Below, piece by piece: positions 14,049 to 29,676 of a stretch of 64,000 nucleotides of DNA. Source of the DNA: the human T2T-CHM13v2.0 reference genome, Homo sapiens; NCBI RefSeq assembly GCF_009914755.1, contig NC_060945.1, one strand, 5' to 3'. A program made the position numbers and the translations under genes. The notes beneath the pieces are model-generated. The model did not search any database and was not told where the DNA came from. It worked only from the letters and a program-made list of their open reading frames with translations. Numbering within the stretch: the stretch's first letter is position 1; every line of letters starts with the position of its first letter.

Positions 14049-14851
14049 TATTTTTCAATTTTTAGAGAAAATAAAGGTAATAGAATAACAATTCCTCTGC
14101 TCTCTCTGAGAAGGTGACAATGAAGAATGACCCTCTCTCCACTCAGAGAAGGCTGGATTCTTCAATAGTGACGTTTGCCCATGAAACCCAGTGCATGTTG
14201 TCCTTCTGCCTCATCTCTTCTGCAGTACCAGGTCCTATGTCAGGGGCTCCCAGTGTCTCCCTGGAACCTCTTAATGACAGCAATTATCAGTCACCTCTGT
14301 CAGCTCTCCTTCCTTTAGGAAGTGACTCCCCGGCGGCTGTTCCTATGGGGACCCAGGTATTTCTTATTTCCTCTCAGTGCTAGAAAAATACCCAGGTCTC
14401 CCAGTTGCAGCTGGACTACTCTGTTGTGAAATATCAGGGCAGTTCACAGCATTGCCTTTTACAACAATTGCATGAAAGTCTTCAGAGGAGTTTGTTTCGG
14501 GAGCTAAGGGGCTGCACAAGAGAAGCAGCTAGCTCATGATACCACTCCTGCCAAGCCATGCCTGTAGCTCTGCTCAGTGACAGAGTCTGGCTTTTCATTG
14601 GTGCAAAATCTCATTCTCCTTGAAGAAGATTTACTTCATAGAAAAGCCCTTCACTCCACCCTGGCAGTCTCAGAAGTCATATACTCAAGGGGCCAAACAC
14701 ACAACTTCTTTGCACACCTCCCCACAGGATCAAAGGATCCTAGCCACAGCTTTGGCAGTTCTGAAGTTTCTCAGGAAAGTGATACAACATAAATTCTACA
14801 TTTTTTTTGTAGAATTTATGTTGTATCACTTTCCTGAGAAACTTCAGAACT

Positions 14852-15265
14852 CACATATACACCATCGAATACTATGCAGCCATAAAAAATGATGAGTTCA
14901 TGTCCTTTGTAGGGACATGGATGAAGCTGGAAACCATCATTCTCAGCAAACTATCGCAAGGACGAAAAACCAAACACCGCATGTTCTCACTCATAGGTGG
15001 GAATTGAACAATGAGAACACTTGGACACAGGAAGGGGAACATCACACACCGGGGCCTGTTGTGGGGTGGGGGGAGGAGGGAGGGATAGCATTAGAAGATA
15101 TACCTAATGTAAATGACGAATTAATGGATGCAGCACACCAACATGGCACATGTATATATATGTAACTAACCTGCACGTTGTGCACATGTACCCTAGAACT
15201 TAAAGTATAATAAAAAAGTATATATATATAAAATAAAATGAAATAAAAAAACAAAAAAAAATAAA
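14852..15265 (+). mobile_element. L1PA (PA3-PA5-like) 3' end, 5'-truncated
   Basis: ORF2 C-terminus and 3'UTR with G-rich tract, ending tagaacttaaagtataataaaaaa; no clear TSD. Confidence 0.92.
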
Positions 15266-15629
15266 TTGTAAGAAGGCTCAAGAATCATTATTGATAGGAA
15301 TAATGTATTTTAAATTACTGACAGTTCCACTGCCCTCTCTTCTAGCCTCACAGAATGATAGTCAACAGCTAAGAAATTTCCAAGAAGTACTTGAATGTAG
15401 GGGGCACTCCCGTCTCCTCACACTGGGAAGGTAAGACTGCAAGGCTTCTTTCAAGTCCAGCAGTAATGCACTTGGCCAGTTGACATCAAAGGTGGGTCCT
15501 GAGGCTGAAAAGGATGATTTTGATTTATCAGCACTGGGTGGGGACGCTAACCTGGGCTCCCGATTCTTCTCTGATAAGCACCACATTATTATCTTGCTAG
15601 GCCTGAGAATGCTCTTTCATGTTTTGGAA

Positions 15630-15855
15630 TTTGTAGTCAGACAAATGAAGTTTGAATTCTGCCTCTGCTCTTTTCTATCTGGGAGAGCCCAGGCAGGTAT
15701 TGTAACTTTTGAGTAGCTTAGTTCTATCTTATGTAATGTGGAAATAATGATACGTAACTCATGGTTTATAGGCAGAAGTAAATGAGAAACCATCTATAGT
15801 ACTCAGGACTCATCTTGGCACACTGTGTTTATTCAATAAATACCAGTGATTATTA
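15630..15855 (+). mobile_element. MIR
   Basis: gtcagacaaatgaagtttgaattctgcctctgc ... atgtggaaataatgatac ... caataaataccagtgattatta. Confidence 0.7.
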
Positions 15856-16627
15856 TATATTGCTCTTCATTTACAAAGGAAGAAAGTGCAGGGCATAAAG
15901 GGACCTCACTTGATGTTTCATAAAGACACATCATGGAGGAAAGAATAAGAATCAAAGACTTTTAACTTTCACTCTAGGCCAGGGTTTGTTAAGAGACCAA
16001 TAGCATACGAGTAAGATGCCTGGTGTCTAACTGATCCTCTTGGGGACTCCAGAGAAAATAAGAGGCTATCTACTCTAAGCCTTTTGACTGCTGGAAACCT
16101 CCTAGCTGCAGCTTGTGAGCCCTGGGCAGAGTTACAGCCTGCTGCTGTTACTGCCAACCTGGGGGAGTGACAGCATAATTGGATGCCTCTCTGTCTTTTG
16201 GCTCAAGACAAGGGCAAGGAAGAATGCCCACCTGCAGGGAGGAAGTAGAGTCCAGAAGACAGAAATTTTGACAAATAGGGAACTCATCTGCCTCTCTCAC
16301 CAGCTCTGTCCTCATCTTAGATCTGCAAGCCCTCACCTGAGCTCCCTTCCTGAATGACTTGAACCACAGGGACAAATTATGTCCACAAATGGGTCAAAGA
16401 TAACTATGTGCCACACCAGGAGGGTATGTAGGATTTGTGACCTTTGGATTGCAATTATTTGTTGACAACGCCTTTGGCAATGTGGTTGCTTTAAATGCAA
16501 AGCATGTAGCTGAGACATGAGTGTAATTTGGAGGAGAGTTAGATAATTATTGCATCGTTTAAATATTTATATATTTAAAAAAATTTAAATTGTAGAGTGA
16601 AAGAAGCAGTGCAAAAGAACATCTAGA

Positions 16628-16912
16628 TCCATAGTTTTCAATACAGTAGCCACTAGCCTCATGTGGCTTTTGAACATTTGAAAGAGCCAGTGGCTGGTCC
16701 AGATTGAGTATGATATAAATAGGAGATATGAATATTGAAGAGAGTATAAACATAGAAAAACATTAATTTTAACTATCACATATTGGAAATGATAATATTT
16801 TGGATATATGGAGTTAACAGAATATATTATAAAATTCATTTCATCTGGTTTTTTTTTTTAACTTCTTTCAAAGTGGCTACTAGAAAATTTTAAATTACGT
16901 ATGTGACTCACT
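16628..16912 (+). mobile_element. MER33/MER3-like hAT-Charlie element
   Basis: caatacagtagccactagcctcatgtggct and gtggctactagaaaattttaaattacgtatgtgactcac; strand tentative. Confidence 0.75.
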
Positions 16913-16914
16913 TT

Positions 16915-17835
16915 TGTGGTAGAGTCATTGAAATTTTTTGCAAAGACAAGCATGTCATCTGGAAATAAGAGATAGTTTTATGTCTTCCAATCTCCCGGTT
17001 GTCTATTTCTTTTATTTGCCTATTGCAGTGGCAAGAACTTTCAGCCTCATGTTGAATGATAGAAATGAGAAAGAATGTCTTTCTTCGTTCCCAATCTTAT
17101 GGGGAAATCACTCAGTCTTTCATCATTAAGATGATAACTGTAGCTTTTTGTACTTACTCTTTTTTTTTTCTTTTGGAGACAGGGTCTCACTCTGTCACCC
17201 AGGTTGGAGTGCAGCAGTGCAGTCTCAGCTCACTGCAACTCTGCTACCTGGGCTCAAGTGATTCTCCTATCTCAGCCTCCTGAGTAGTTGGGACTACAGG
17301 CACATGCCACTAAGCCTGGCTGATTTTTGTATTTTTTTTGTAGAGACAGGGTTTTGTCATATTGCCCAGGCTGGTCTCAAACTCCCGGACTCAAGCGATC
17401 TGCCCTCTTCGGCCTCCCAAAGTGTGGGATTATAGGTGTGAGCCAACACGCCCGGCTGCACTTACTCTTAATCAAACTCATTCCCTTCTTTTCCTAACTT
17501 GCTGAGAATCTTTCTAATGAATGAATATTGGGTTTTGCCAAATGTATTTTCTGCATAAATGTATTTGATTATATGCATTTTTCTTGTTTTGCCTGTTGAT
17601 ATGGTGGATTGCATTAATTTCTTTGTAAATCTTGAACCAGCCTTAAATACCTAGAATAAGTCCATTTAATTATGTTGTATAATTCTTTTTAATATGTTAT
17701 TGGATTCAGCTTGCTAATATTTTGTTGGGGATTTTTGCATCAAAATCTTTGAGAGATATTGTTTTGTAGTCCTTGTTATGTTTTCAATTTTTAATTTTGT
17801 ATTGTCTTTGTCTAGGTAATATTGCCCTTATAATT
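16915..17835 (-). mobile_element. Old L1M ORF2-region fragment (interrupted by AluJ)
   Basis: Antisense L1 ORF2-like: tggattcagcttgctaatattttgttg, ttgaaccagcct, ttttctgcat. Confidence 0.8.
17160..17457 (-). mobile_element. AluJ
   Basis: gagacagggtctcactctgtcacccagg...; TSD g(t/c)acttactcttt. Confidence 0.92.
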
Positions 17836-17849
17836 ATTACTTATATTTA

Positions 17850-18138
17850 ATTTATGTTTTTTAGAGATAGAGTCTTGCCCAGGCTGTGGTGCAATGGCAT
17901 GATCATGGCTCACTGAAACCTTGATCTCCTGTACTCAAGTGATTCTCCCACCTCAGCCTCCCCAGTAGCTGGGACTACAGGTGTGCACCACCAGGCCTGG
18001 CTAATTGTCTTATTTTTTTGTGGCAATAGGGTCTCCCTATGTTGCCTAGTCTGGTCTCAAACTCCTGGCCTCAAGCAACCCTCTTGCCTTGACCTTTCAA
18101 ATTACTGGTATTACAGGCATGAATCATCACACCTGGCC
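17850..18138 (-). mobile_element. AluJ
   Basis: atcatggctcactg..ccttga J-type motif; TSD acttat(a/t)ttt. Confidence 0.88.
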
Positions 18139-19059
18139 ACTTATTTTTATATGAAAATATTTTCTTCATCTTTTTTCCTCCACCAAATTCTTGTTGTAGG
18201 CTATTTTGTACCTCACATTTTATAATCAAATATGTTATTTTTAATTGTGGACTTTTTAAAGAAATTAAATTTAAAAACTTTCTATCAGTGTATATTGTCT
18301 AATTTATTGTTTGTCATTCAACAGTAAAACAGGATTTATTAGCTCTCCATGACCCAGCCTAGTTTGAAGATCAAAATCCAGGGTATCTACAGATCCGCTC
18401 CAGCTCCCCAAAGTCATCCATCATGAGGTGTGGGTGCAATGGCTCATCCTCCTATAACCTTCCTCATTTATCATGACATCTTGGACTCCAAATCATCGCT
18501 TTGTGCAGGTGTAACTTATGTTCTTTGGTTTACTGTAGGAAACAAAAAAACACTACAGGAGAGGAAGCAATAGCAAACATTCAGTGAAACTAAGTCATAT
18601 GCTTTTAATGAACCCCTTGTTTGTAAAGACAGATCAGTCAAATGCCCCCTAGGCAGACTATTTATATTTATGTTACCACTATCCAGGGTCTGGAATTGAA
18701 GATTTATGTGCTATGCTAAACACAGAACAAAACTAATTACCCAGCAGGTGAAATTTTTATGACAACAAAGACCTCAATATTTGGTCTGCTGGCAGTATTC
18801 CAATACTGATGGACAACTGTATAAAGATTTATAAAGATTCTGATTTCTCTGAGTTTAATGGATTAACTCTTGACAGTACCTGTGTATTTATCTCTGTGTA
18901 TCTATGTGTGTATATGTGTCTGTGAATCCATGTACTCAAATATTCTACAAATACTGGACCATAAAATTATTTTGATGTTGTTTTTGAAAATCATATTCTG
19001 ATACTTCAATAACTGAACAGTATATGTGTGATTTCCACACATAAATTTGATAAGCTTCT

Positions 19060-19200
19060 ATTGGAGAGCTTTTATAAAAATACAGATTCTTGATATCCGT
19101 TGCTAGAAATTCTGATTCAGTAAGTCAGGGGTGGAGGTCCAAAAACCATATATCACGTGTGTCAACAGCACCCCAAAACTTTTTATGTGTGGTTGCCCAG
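19060..19200. mobile_element. MER5A/B-like hAT MITE fragment
   Basis: aaaaatacagattcttg...agaaattctgattcagtaagtcaggggtgg. Confidence 0.6.
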
Positions 19201-19229
19201 AATTGCTTTGATTTTTAAATCAGTTTGTA

Positions 19230-20670
19230 CTCTATAGAGTTAATAAACAAAACTACAAGCTCACTGTACAAAAAAAGAGAGGTTTTCTATTTTACCTTTC
19301 AGATTACTAGATTCCCAAACCCCAGCTCATCTGCTTTTAACTCTTTTAGCTATTAATATTTCATTTGGCATTTAGACACTTTAAAAAATTATGTTCACAC
19401 TAGTTGTCCTGGTTTTCTTCTTCTTTTGACATTGTCTATTATGCAAAAGGAGAATTTAGCTCACTTAGAAACCACGGACCTGCTTTTTCTTGTACTCCTG
19501 TCATTCTTCCAATGTTGTTTTATCACAATTTTTAAAAGATCAGCCATGAGTATTTTCATGATTACAACTCTTTAAATATGGTTCACGGTGGAGGAATGTA
19601 ATAAACTATTTTATGTTTTTGCGCAGCCCTGTGTTTTTTAAGGCAGGTAATACTTTTACTCATTTGTTTAGTTTGGTACAGATAGCTATCACACATTCTT
19701 CCCCTTCAGTCACCTACAGAATTACATACTTCTTCTCAATAAGGCCAAGCACATTAAATAATTTATTAGTTCGGTTTTTTCCCTTGGAGTCCTCATGTTT
19801 ACATCCCTTCATCCTCCTGTTCCAATAGGAATTCGTTGTTGTCTAGGTCTGCCATATCGTGAAACCTCCCTTTAATCATTATTTTGGAGATTCTCTGGCC
19901 ACTCTCTGTTATTTGGATCCTCCCTCATTCCAGTGAAGTATATTTAACAGATTTTTTTTTTTTTCCAAGACAAGATGCCTTGGAGGTATATTGTGAAGAC
20001 TGTGTTTGTGATCAGGTCTTAATTTTGCCTTCATGCTTGATTGATAACCAGGCTTATTAGAAATGTTTAGTTAAATATCATTTTCTGTCAAAATTTCAAA
20101 GACATAATTTCATTATTTTTTACTTTTCTTGGCCACAAAAAGTCTGATGTTATTCTGCTTTACAAGCATTACATGCAGGGAATTCCTCTCTCTCTGTCTC
20201 ATTCTCTTAAAAAATTTCTTCTACCCTACTTTCTCTGAATTTTGACCTCTTAAATCAATACTCAAATCTTACCTTTAAAGTTCCATTTTCTATGTATTTT
20301 CCGTTTTATTTGAATTTGTGAGAGAATTCTCAATTTTACCTTTTAAACCCTTCTATTAAGTTTTATTTCAAACATCATAATTTAATAACCAACAGGTCTT
20401 TCTTATTCTCTTATTTTAAAAAGAATGTGTTATTATTTGATGGATGTTCTATCTAATCTCATCTCCCTGAAGATATTATAATAGTGTAGTTTGAACTTTT
20501 TTTCTGCTTCTTATATTGCCTTAATTTTATTTTTTTCCTTCTCTTTGTTCATTATGCACTTTGTCTTTAATGTGAAATTTCTGTAAGTGCCTGTTCATCG
20601 TTTGTTGTCCATCAGTTCTTAAGTATGTGGAACTAGAAGCTCTGTCAGCCTGTGTGGGACCTGACGGACT
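19230..20670 (-). mobile_element. Old L1M fragments
   Basis: Degenerate T-rich antisense L1-like sequence (aaaagtctgatgttattctg...); boundaries approximate. Confidence 0.45.
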
Positions 20671-20684
20671 TTACCATACAGGAA

Positions 20685-20897
20685 GCTCTACTCAACCCAA
20701 GGAGATTTTGCCCACACAGGAAATCTGGTAGTGTCTAAAGCCATTATTGATGGTCACGATTGGGTTGGGGTTGCTACTGGTATTTAAGGGACAGAGGCCA
20801 AGTAATGCTGCTAAGCATCCTACAACATTCAGAACAGTCCCACAATGAAGCATTATCCAGCTCTGAATATCACTGATGCCACTCTTGATAAACCCTA
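20685..20897 (+). mobile_element. MER20
   Basis: gattttgccc...ttgctactggtatttaagggacagaggcca...gctgctaagcatcctacaa...ttgataaacccta. Confidence 0.85.
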
Positions 20898-21351
20898 AGG
20901 TAGAGTGATCAGGAAGTAAGTTCCCTGCTGCATTCTTCCACAGGTTACTGTATACAGGACTTTTTTCCCTTGTGTCTATTTTTACAAAGCAGAATTTTCT
21001 GAACTCCTGCCTACAGTAGGTGAGTCAAATAATATTTTAGACATAATGTTATAGTAGCACCATGATTCAAAAAGCATGTTTATTGTCAATTCAAAATTTT
21101 ATGTACTATAATTTATTTCAGACATAACTGTGATTATTTACGGTACATTTCTCACATCCCCACTCCAAATAAAAACAACTTTTCTGGGCCTCTATTCATT
21201 TAGCATTCTATATTTCCTAAAAATGTTCATAAATACATTAAATCTGACCTTTTAAAAATGAAAACACTTTTATACCATTTACTAGAATAAATACGTAAAA
21301 TTCTGGGCTTCAACTTGAGAAGTAATAATCAGCTCTGCTAGTTCTATCACA

Positions 21352-21401
21352 GTAAACACAATGAAATGTGTAAACACAATGAAATGTGTAAACACAATGA
21401 A
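21352..21401. repeat. 18-bp tandem repeat, about 2.8 copies (gtaaacacaatgaaatgt)
   Basis: Direct reading. Confidence 0.95.
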
Positions 21402-21589
21402 GACAAGCAGATTTCAGCAAGGGCACTAATTTTGCAAACACTGGGAACCTCAAACATCACTTAAAGGAGGATATGATTGCATAAATTATGGGGCATATAT
21501 GTGAGAAAATGCCATTCATTCATTAACAATAGAAGTTTTTGAATTAATGACATAAGAAATGTGTGTCCCAATATTAAGTGAAAGATGCA

Positions 21590-22400
21590 TAGTAACTTTG
21601 AAACAAATCTTGGAAATATTTTTCAAAATAAAATATGCGTATATTCTTTGACCAAGTCATTCCAGTTTTCACAAATCTATAGTGTGGCATGACCCCCAAA
21701 TGTGCAAATATGTTTGTATAAAGATCTTCACCATCGTTTGTGACGATGGCAAAAGCCACAGCCCTAATGTGTCTTGGTAGGCTTGTTAGATAAAGCACAG
21801 AAACCAGGGTACTTGCATGCAATGCCCTGGACAGTGGTCATTTAGAAGAACAAGGATGACTGACATCTGCTAAGAAGGGAGCACATTCCATGTTTATCAT
21901 CAGTACCAAAAGAGTTTTTACTTTTTTTTTTTCTTTTAAGATAGGGTCTCCTTCTGTTGCCCAAGCTGAAATTCAGTGGCACAATCACTTTTCACTATAA
22001 CCTCAACCTCCCAGGTTCAATCAATCTCCCATCTCAGCCTCTGGAGTAGCTGGGACTAGGCAAACACAGTAGGTGGTATAGGTACACACCACCAAGCCCA
22101 GCTAACTTTTGTAATTTTTTGTAGAGACAGGGTCTTGAACTCCTAAGCTAAAGTGATCTGCACCTGCCTCAGCCTCCCAAAGTGCTGAGATTACAGGTAT
22201 GAGCCACTAAGCCAGAATTTTTACATGTTTAATTGTTTTTAATTGCTTTCATTTTTTTTTTAAAGGAAGCACATGAAACTGCACCTGCTATTACCTCTGG
22301 GATGTGGAATGGAAGTTAGAAACAAAATTTCTACTTTTCAATTTAGCCCATTAGTTACTGTTTGACATTTTCACAATGAGCATTATTTTTATTATTAACA
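21590..22400 (+). mobile_element. L1ME-like 3' region (interrupted by AluJ)
   Basis: aactttgaaacaaatcttggaaat...tttgaccaagtcattccag... and 3'UTR-like ttttcacaatgagcattatttt. Confidence 0.55.
21922..22213 (-). mobile_element. AluJ with small internal insertion and deletion
   Basis: Antisense Alu; TSD aga(g/a)tttttac at 21911-21921 and 22214-22224. Confidence 0.88.
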
Positions 22401-23108
22401 ATAAATCACAGTCTGGAAACTTGGCCATGGTAGTGGTGGGTAAAGATGGGGGACTTTTGGATCTAAAATTGGGAAGTGAAAACAAAAGAAGTGGGGATGA
22501 CACTTCTGATGAACTGAGCAAGTACAAAATAATGAAGACGTCAAAGATTACGGCATGTCATTAAAAAGCATGTTGAAATAACAGTATGGCACACAAAATT
22601 CAAATGATGTTTTGAAGTGTTATTCTTGCAAAAGAAAACAAATTTTGAGCTTTGTATTCAAAATTGGTTCTGACATTTCTTGTCACAAAAACTCTAGGTA
22701 TATATAGAGTAGAGAAAAACAAATTTCATCAAACAAAGTACACTTGAATATCTACGTGGCCTTTTGAGTCCTGCACTCAGTTTGGCTCTTTCAAATGTCT
22801 AATTCATTCAGCATGTGAGCCTCACATATTTGTTTGAACCCAGTGGATGGTCAATAGATTTGTATTCTGTCCTTTATGTCATCATTAATAAATTACATAC
22901 AAAACATTTGGGAACAAAAAGTCTAATGACATTTTTAGTATACGCTCAATAACCTTTTGGAAAACACTCCATGTCTCTTGTTTCTGGGTGCAGGTAGTGA
23001 CTTTTAAATCTGTTAGAATTTAGAAGCATTGAAGACCACTTAGCTTGCCTCTTAGTGTGGAGCTGCTTTAGTGAATTAGAATAAAAGATCCTTAGAGACA
23101 ACAGCTAT

Positions 23109-25026
<1,918 letters not shown>

Positions 25027-25569
25027 CTCCTGAGTCCACTAAAGTTTCTCTACAAATAAATATTTTTACTGGTCTTTATTTTTCTTTATATCCATTTTTA
25101 TGGAGCATATATTTCTACCCTGGTACTTGCCAAGGCAGTCCTGGAGGGCCATTAAATTATGCAACCGGGACCTAAATACATACCAGGTTAAGCCTAGTGA
25201 GAAATGCCATCCAATATTTCTGATCTCATTTCTCCCCTTTATTCATTTACTCTTTCTTTCAACAAAACTGAAGCTCTGCTAAGTGGTATGGAAGAAAAGA
25301 GTTTGCTCTGGAATAATGAAATAGGAAAGCATTGATATTGATTGTGGTGGTGGGAAGAACTGAGATACAGTGTGTGGATAAGTTCTTACTACCGGCATGA
25401 TATTTAAGCTGAAAATTAAAACAGAGTCTTTTATTCCATAGGAACTAGGAGTTACTTGAGAAAGTTTTGAGTCTGGTAGTAAATTGGGAAGCAGTGTGTA
25501 TCCTAGCGTATAGCACTCTTAAGAGTAAACCCCTGCCCATGTTAAAAGCAGAATAGAGTTCTATATGGA

Positions 25570-26460
25570 CATATAAAATACATGTACATCTTTTTCTGCT
25601 AATAAAAATAACTCATATCCATTGTAGGAAAACATAAACAAACATTAAAAAATCTATATTCAAACCCTCCACAGCTAGTAACCACTAACTTAATTACACT
25701 GTATTTTCTCACAATCTATTTTCAAGGCATATTTCCCCCCATAACTGAGTATAATTTATATATTTTTATGTAATATAGTGTAAACTTCACTTTTGCAGAT
25801 CCTTTAAAACTAGGACTGTCAGGTTGAGCAAATAAACATACAGAACATCCGGATCCATTTCAATTTCAGATAAATAATGAATAATTGTTTAGTTTATGTA
25901 TGTTCCTCATAATATTTGGGACATGCTTACACTAAAAAGTTACTCATTGTTTATCTGAAATTCAAATGCAATTGAGCATTGTGTATTTTACCTAGCAACC
26001 CTGTTTTAAACACATAATAGTGTATTAAATTTCTTCATATATTAGATTACATTTATATATCATGTTGTGTACATATCCATTCCCTCTGTTAGAAATACAC
26101 ATTTCTGTTTTTTTAATTGAGATAAGTATTGCAACATTTTATATGATTTTCCCAAGAGAAATGACTAAAAATGAAATGATTAGGCCCAACAGCAGGAACA
26201 AGATTTTCAATTTGCGATATCAATTGCCAGTTTATATTGCCTTTATCTTTCCTTTGTTAGCATTATACTTACTTTGTACAAATCTAGCCAGTTTAGAAGA
26301 TGAACAATAGAACACTTATTTTACACTAAATAAAATGTTTTACATTTTAATAATTTTATTAAATTATTATAAATAATACATATAACATATTTTATTAAAT
26401 ACATTACATTTAATAACTTTATGTTAAAATACGCCATTTCATTGTATACATTTTAAAGCA
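25570..26460 (-). mobile_element. Old L1ME-like 3' fragments (interrupted by MER53)
   Basis: aataactcatatccattgtaggaaaac, gtaaccactaac, caattgccag... degenerate antisense L1 3' region. Confidence 0.5.
25811..26003. mobile_element. MER53 palindromic hAT MITE
   Basis: Termini taggactgtcagg / cctagcaaccctg; internal inverted arms aatttcagataaataatga / tcattgtttatctgaaatt; TSD-like tttaaaac / ttttaaac. Confidence 0.85.
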
Positions 26461-26559
26461 ATCAGCAAATTTCTGTTTCACAACTCAGACCTATTGCATC
26501 TTCTCTGATCTGTAAGTTTCCATTTGATAGACCATCGTTTGTCTATTCAGAGCTTCTTC

Positions 26560-27110
26560 ATACTTCACTTAGCTTTTTCCTAAATCCAGTCTAGTTTTCT
26601 GTCAACCTCCACAGTAGAACCAGAATTATATTTATAATATAAATCTGATCATATTCATCTATTCTTTAAATGCTTCTTTGACCTGCCTCCTTCCACCCCA
26701 CTAACAATGGGCTCACGGTTAAATGCCTTTGAGACGTAAACTTTTGGGTACCTGGCTGATCTAGTTTACCGGCTTACCTCCTGCCCTTCACCTATCACAT
26801 TTCAGTCACATGAACTGACTTGCAGCTCTCAAGTTCTGGCCGTGTCACAGATCAAGGTGCCTTGCAAATGCTTCTGACTCTGCCTGAAAGCACTTCTACC
26901 TCCGGTCTGTCCTTCAGGGCTGGGCAGGATTGCTGCTTTGCTGCAATCCCTCTTCTGCTCTCCCTGGATAAGGCTGGCCCCACATGTCCACCTGACTTGC
27001 ATTCTTTCTCTTCTGTAACTAGACACAAGCTTCCAGAGGGCAGGGATTGCATCCTAGTCCTTCGGTTTCATGGTCTAGTAAAATGCCTGGAGCATGATAG
27101 GTGGCCAATT
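26560..27110 (+). mobile_element. L2
   Basis: aaatctgatcatattca..., gacacaagcttccagagggcagggattgc...aatgcctggagcatgatagg. Confidence 0.7.
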
Positions 27111-27119
27111 TACAAAAAC

Positions 27120-27350
27120 AACAATAATAAAACCAGCATTTATAGAACACTTAAAATTGTGAAGCATCCTGCAAAGCCCCCTTTATCTGTATTAATTCAC
27201 TTCATTCTTACACAAACCCAACGAATTAGGTATCATATTCTCCACTTACTTTATATGTGATGAAACTGAGTCTAAGAGAGATTAAACAACTTGTTTAAGT
27301 AGTTATTTATGTACAGTTTAGAAATGGAAAAGCTAGAATCTGACTGAGTT
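27120..27350 (-). mobile_element. MIR
   Basis: aataataaaaccagcatttatagaacactt...gatgaaactgagtctaagagagattaaacaacttg. Confidence 0.75.
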
Positions 27351-27614
27351 CGACCTAAAATTTTCACTATGTAAGTGGACCGGGAACAGAAAGATCTGGT
27401 CTCTACCACGAAGGAGCTTTCAGTGAAAATCAGGAAGAGACATAAATATGGATATGTATCTGGTGATTTAAGGCAATGTATGCTGTTGTAAAGGAGGGAA
27501 AAAAAGAAAGGACCCTGGACTCAAAGTTTTGAATCGTAAGTCCTTGTGTTTTCTCAAGACCTGCACACTGGAAGAAATAAGGAAAAGTGACTACTACCAA
27601 AAGCCAATCTTTTT

Positions 27615-27940
<326 letters not shown>

Positions 27941-28030
27941 TGACAAATAAAAACTGTAAATATTAATGGTGTACGACATGATGTTTTGCTATATGTATAC
28001 ATTGTGGATTGTCTAAATCAAGCTAATTAA

Positions 28031-28308
<278 letters not shown>

Positions 28309-28416
28309 TGCTCTGACTTCTTAACACGCAAATTATACAGCATCTCTTTTGTATGTGGATATAACTCAAAGTCGCCTCAGCCTGGTGCCACAGAAACACT
28401 GAGGAAGAATAAACCC

Positions 28417-28769
28417 TGTATTAGTCTGTTCTCACACTGCTGATAAAGATATACTTAAAACTGAGTAATTTTTAAGAAAAAAGAGGTTTGATGGACTCAC
28501 AGTTCCACGTAGCTGGGGAGGCCTCACAATCATGATGGAATGTGAAAGGCACGGTCTTATATGGTGGCAGGCAAAAGAGAAGCTTGTGCAGGGAAACTCC
28601 CCTTTATAAAACCATCAGATCTCATGAGACTTACTCATTATCATGAGAACAGCATGGGAAGACCCACCCCCATCACTCAATTACCCCCCACTGGGTCCCT
28701 TCCATGACACATGGTGATTACAGGAGCTACAATTTGAGATTTGGGTGGGGATGCAGCCAAACCATATCA
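28417..28769 (-). mobile_element. THE1 (THE1B-like) MaLR solo LTR
   Basis: tgtattagtctgttctcacactgctgataaaga ... cagccaaaccatatca; perfect 5-bp TSD aaccc. Confidence 0.93.
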
Positions 28770-29219
28770 AACCCAATATATTTGTGGCCAGTTAGGAAAG
28801 GCTTCAGAGAGGAGATGGAAGGTACCAATAAGATTGAGACGAAAGTGGACAGCTTCTGAGGATGAGAAATGAGGTTAGAGCTAAAGTATGTTTAGGGACT
28901 TGTAACTAACTATTTACATAAATTGAAAGTCATTGAGGAGAGAATTTGGAAGTACAGGAAAAAAGGAATTAAAGAATCTTTGAGGTAAAAAGAGCCTTAG
29001 AAATCTCATAGTTTGTTTCCTGAAATGGACTATTTGGAAACCCAGGTTTGTGGAGATATTAAAAGGCATCTCATGATGTACATTTCCTATAATGAAGTCG
29101 TTTAATTAGTTTAAATAGCATTCCAAAAGCTTTTGCACATCAGGACTTCTCAGGGATTTTAATATGTTAAAATCTCCTGGAACCCCACATAAAAGTAATT
29201 GGGCATTTCTGTGTTTAAG

Positions 29220-29445
29220 AGTTCAGAGCCCTCAGTCTGGCATACCAGGGCTCAGATCTCTGCTTTGACACTTAACAGGGGTGTAAACTTGGATATATTT
29301 CTTACCTTTCCGAAGTCTTGGTTGGTTTTCTTATCTGTAAATCAACCACATAGAGCTGTGAGGGTTAAATATTATAATGTGTGTAGTGCTCTTGGTTTCC
29401 GGCACAAAGAAAATTCCTAACAAATGTTAGCTCTTTTATGATTAT
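29220..29445 (+). mobile_element. MIR
   Basis: ggctcagatctctgctttgacacttaacaggggtgtaaacttgg...atctgtaaa...aacaaatgttagct. Confidence 0.7.
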
Positions 29446-29676
29446 ATTGTTCTTCATTTCTAATATGATTGGTCACAAGGACCTTTTTTATTATGAAGCA
29501 TCTAGCAGGACAGTGTTTCTCAGGATATACACTGGAAAATATTGATCTAGTTTATTGCCTTTGAGAAATGTTGGGTCCTGTTTTGAAGGGCCTTGAATGT
29601 CAGAACAAGTTTAGATTTTATCCTGTAAAAAATTGGAAAGTTTCCAACTGACCATATTAAAATCTGCGTTTTAGGA

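Noticed and set aside
14100-16400. Possible ancient LTR fragments at about 14110-14400 and 16020-16400
   Set aside because: Composition is suggestive, but I could not match termini or a consensus with confidence
22058-22078. ~20-nt insertion in AluJ sharing acagtaggtg with 21013-21022
   Set aside because: A 10-nt match is too short to claim a templated origin
25811-26003. Long hairpin as a novel miRNA precursor
   Set aside because: Explained by the palindromic MER53 MITE; arms are degenerate and expression cannot be inferred
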